From positions 21,452,001-21,516,000 of the forward strand of contig OX597835.1 in the NCBI GenBank assembly GCA_951406725.2: 64,000 nt of DNA, in the 5' to 3' direction. The DNA is from Octopus vulgaris (taxonomy: Eukaryota). Under the pieces are notes generated by a model. The model was not told the origin of the DNA. It searched no databases and saw nothing but the letters and a program-made list of their open reading frames with translations. Below, piece after piece: positions 60,074 to 64,000 of this stretch (the stretch's first letter is position 1; the number at the start of each line of letters is the position of its first letter). The translations under genes and the position numbers were made by a program.

Positions 60074-60604
60074 CTTGTAAAATAATTCCTTATAGTTTAG
60101 GTCTTAAGTTTAACGAGAACGTGGAAGGTTTAACTAGTTGCCGTAAAGTAATACACAGAGAACTGGCAGAAGTGTCACTGTCACAAAATGTCTAATAGCG
60201 TTTAGATCAGTTTCAGCCCTTTTGTGTTCTGAGTTCAAATCCGACCAAATTTGCTTTACTTCCTTCCGGCGTCGAAAAAGTGAACTATTGGTCAAGTACT
60301 ATGGTAGATGTGATCAATTATACTCCACCCTAAATTTGAACTCAGAATGTTATGACAGACGAGATGTTGCTAAGCATTTTGCCGCGGCGTGCTAACGATT
60401 CTATCTGCTCGCCGCATTAACAATTATGGATTCAAATTTTGGTATAAGGCCAGCAGTTGAGGGGAGGTGGTAAGTTGATTACATCGACCCCAGTGCATGA
60501 CTAGTACTTTCTTTTTGTAGTCCCTGAAATAATGAAAGCAAAACCCGATCTCAGCTGAATTTGAACTCAGGTGGTAAAGACGGACAAAACGCCGCTAAGC
60601 ACTT

Positions 60605-61196
60605 ACCAAAGACATAGATATGAAATTTGGCTAAGAAAAATGTGCCAAAGCAACGTTGAATAGAGAGAAACTAGTTAAGAGTAGCAACATCACACTAGAT
60701 AAAACCAATGAAATAAGATAATTAAACCAAAGCCAGACTTACAAATATTTAGGAATCAATGAACAAGATACGATACAACGCACACAAATGAAAGAGAAAA
60801 CAAAGAAAGAATACTATTGACGAGTTAGATAAATACTGAAAACGGAGCTCAATGCTAAAAACAAGATAATAGGTATCAACATTCTAGCCGTCCCAATTAT
60901 AAGTTACAGCTATAATATCCTTAACTGGACACTAAATGAACTAACCAAAATAGACAGGAAAGCAAGAAAAATAATGATAGGATCTAGGATGCACCACCAG
61001 GACTTACAAATATATATGACATACAGAAAATTGCACTACTGGGCACTGTACACATCGTACGCAAAACACTTTCAATATAGTAACCATCGGAGCATCACAG
61101 CAAACCACAGCACATACCCAAGGCACACGGAGCTGCGCTCGGTAGTGAAATGAAAGCACGCTATAAAAATAAAACTACTGAATAATAATAATAATA
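60605..61196 (+). mobile_element. R4/Dong-type LINE remnant: RT C-terminal part fused to ORF end, 3' UTR and (TAA)n tail
   Basis: DIDMKFG*EKCA...YKYLG...KEYY*RVR*ILKTELNAKNKIIGIN.LAVPIISYS..LNW..EL.KIDRK.RK.M...MHH, then IQKIALLGTVHIVRKTL*. Confidence 0.85.
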
Positions 61197-61199
61197 TAA

Positions 61200-61970
61200 G
61201 AGTGGGAGAGATATGATTAGTTGTCAAGACTGAATCGAAGCTGAGGAAAAAAACCAAGGGTGGTATAACAAAAATGCCGTGAAGCCAATGTTGAAACACA
61301 TGAAGACTAATGTCATCGAAACTGATAATTGTGTAACGAAAGAAGAATTTAAACAAGAAATGAGCAAAAAAGAAAAGAAAAAGCATGGAAGGATCAGTTT
61401 GCAAGAGATGTGAACGCCAAGACAGATACCTGCCAACATCAGAAGAAACGTTATGAAAAAGAAATTACTAACTGAATTAGAGATTGACCAAATTAAACAA
61501 TCAGTAAGGGATGAAAGGAACGAAGGCTGCAGCTAAAGAAGATGCTACAGAGGAAGATGAAAATGCAATAAATTGAATGAGTTAGTGTAACTGATAAGCA
61601 GAGTGAAATACTCTCTGAACCAACCATAAACACTAAGGGTGATGAAAATCAAATAGAGGAAGAAAATCAAACAGAAATGACCCAACAGAACTACATGATC
61701 TAAAAAGTCAAATTATGACTGAATAACATAATATTAAAGAAATCAGAATGAATGAACGCGACACTCTCCCAAATATTTGCAATTCTCACCAAAACCTGAA
61801 AATAATTGGTAAAAATCCGCCTTGCACTTCAGGAGATAATTTCAGCTAATGATGTTGATATTACAGATTTCAACCACCTGTACTATGCATCTGCGAAAAT
61901 CTCAACGATTCATTCCCACAAAAAGCCTACTTGCTAAGCCTCTGCCAAGGCAACACCAACGTCCCCTCAA
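61200..61970 (+). pseudogene. Probable N-terminal region of an R4/Dong-type ORF, degraded
   Basis: NIRRNVMKKKLLTELEIDQIK and MNERDTLP...DITDFNHLYYASAK resemble the pre-RT region of these elements. Confidence 0.5.
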
Positions 61971-62049
61971 TGATTAGTCAGAGAGGATTTTTTTTAATAT
62001 GAGAATATCTGAAATATGCTCGAATGCTCTCATAAGCAAGAATACTATA

Positions 62050-62278
62050 AATGAACCCGACCGCTCTCAAAAATTAAGTAAAAAACAAACGGAAAAAATA
62101 ACCCAAAATCTTTGTCCGGTACCGGATCGATCCCAAAATCTAATTAGTTCGTGCCAGTCACGAGGCCAAACATCCCTGAAAGTTTCATCCAAATCCATCC
62201 AGCAGTTCTTCAGATATCTTGTCCACAGACAAACAAACACGACTGAAAACAATACCTCTGCTCTTCCCTAAGGCGGAG

Positions 62279-62283
<5 letters not shown>
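62050..62283. mobile_element. Helentron-associated (HINE/DINE-like) non-autonomous element end
   Basis: AAAGTTTCATCCAAATCCATCCAGCAGTTCTTCAGATATC...ACAGACAAACAAAC...GAAAACAATACCTCTGC..GGCGGAGATAA: short ACAG/ACAA repeat plus an imperfect terminal hairpin. Confidence 0.55.
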
Positions 62284-62336
<53 letters not shown>

Positions 62337-62849
62337 TAATAATAATATTCCTTTTTAATATAGGCACAAGATAAGCAATCTCAGGGGAGGATGTAAGTTG
62401 AATTCATCGACCCCAGTGCTCAACTGGTACTTATTTTATCGACCCTGAAAGGATAAAAGGTAAAGTCTATCTCGGTGGCAAGTGCAGCCATTTTAGAGAA
62501 GTATGTTAGTTGATAACTATCAATATTTGACTGGTAGTTTTTTCTTCTGTTTTTCTTTTTTCTTTCCTAATTTAACGAATCCGTGCAAAAAAAAGACTTC
62601 TGTGGGATTTGAACCTCGGACACGATAACAACACCATTCTTGTTGATGAGTCTCTGGAGGCGTGTCTACTTTGTCACTGTTAAAAGAAGCTGGTGAAATA
62701 TCTCGCTTAATCACAACCTTTGGTAATATGGATGAACGCATTAAATAATGGATGGTCGGTTCGCTCATGCTTGGCATATTTTTGATCCTATGGCCGCTCA
62801 GTCAAAACTGAACTGGCGCTAAACAATTACAACACACTCGATAGACTGA

Positions 62850-63061
62850 ATACCAGTAATATCTTACGTCACGTTTTAATTGCCGCATAAAATCTCGCGC
62901 TCGTGATTTTGCCGTCAAAAACCAAACTTTTAAAATTTATTATTTTCATTTATTTATTTATTTATTTGTTTGATAATTAAGAAATTAATACATTTAAGAG
63001 TTCAAAAATGTAACCGTTATTGAAATTAAGAAACCCTTTCACATTCCCTACCCCTCTCTCT

Positions 63062-63104
<43 letters not shown>

Positions 63105-63169
63105 CTATCTCCCTTTCTCCGTCTTTTGTTTTTGCTATCTTTTTACCTCTTTCTCTCCCCGTGTCTCTT

Positions 63170-63200
<31 letters not shown>

Positions 63201-63240
63201 GCTTTTTCTCTCATTAAAAATCCGATGGCGTAATGTGAGG
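62850..63240. promoter_or_regulatory. Possible promoter-proximal region
   Basis: Local CpG cluster with CRE-like TTACGTCA (~62863) and TCTCGCG (~62893), a CT tract, and YY1-like GATGGCG (~63224). Motif-level evidence only. Confidence 0.3.
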
Positions 63241-63805
63241 GAGTGAAGAAAAAGTGTCTCTAGAGAAATTAATGATTTATTATAATTAAGATGTATTAGC
63301 TGGATGTTAGTTTGAGTGGAAACACTTGAGAGAAGGAAGCCTTTTTTTTTTCCATTTTCTTTTTTTTCTTTTCTTTTTTTTTTTTTTTACATTTTTCTAT
63401 TTTTTTTTTTTTTTTTTACTGAGACTTCTTGAGGCACGTTTGAGATTTTGAAACAATTGTTTTACGATGACGAACGAAATTAAATTCGTGACTGCGGAAA
63501 AATATGAAATAATACTTCACATTTTGACATTTTCCTAATGAGTTCCATCGATTTAAAACGGCGCTTGTTTGAACGCTTGTGTTTGGTTCTTACTCTTATT
63601 ATTATTTCGTTGTTTGTTTATGCGTTGTTGTTTTTTGTTTTTTTGCTGTTGTTGTTTTTTGTTTTTTTGCTGTTGTTGTTTTTATTAGATATAAATACTT
63701 CTGTTTTCTTTAACAATATGATATCCAAAAAACAAATGAATGATAAAGCAAAAACATTTTGCCAGGTTTTTTTCATTTTTTTTTTTTAATATTTGTTTTA
63801 ATATC

Positions 63806-63872
<67 letters not shown>

Positions 63873-64000
63873 GTATGTGGATGTGTTTGTGATTGCGCGC
63901 TTGTCTTCCGTGTATCTTCTGTGTTTATTTTAAATTCACATTCACATCATTTAAATGCTACTCCATCATTAGACGATACATGATTTCAATATTACGACAC

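Overview
Very AT-rich eukaryotic DNA saturated with microsatellites. The SINE families and (TA)n/(TATG)n/(AGAT)n landscape suggest an octopod cephalopod (inference). No host protein-coding gene is confidently identified, and most ORF-track entries are microsatellite or SINE read-throughs. The window holds at least three tRNA-derived SINE families (over 30 copies or fragments), two CR1-type LINE 3' ends, an RTE-type end with two C2H2 fingers, R4/Dong-type LINE remnants, degraded hAT and Merlin transposases, two non-autonomous Helitrons, a Helentron-like element and a 34-bp minisatellite. The main signal is a set of Penelope-like elements (PLEs) inserted in (TA)n. One is about 3.5 kb, with an open GIY-YIG endonuclease ORF, a ~2.8-kb internally repeated 3' region and a terminal minimal hammerhead ribozyme. 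Two other sequence-distinct mini-inserts carry hammerheads and several more have the inverted pLTR layout. There are also three near-perfect palindromes centred on (TA)n, and a CR1 LINE whose 3' end matches the tail of the dominant SINE. All calls were made by eye with no database searches; coordinates of degraded elements are approximate.
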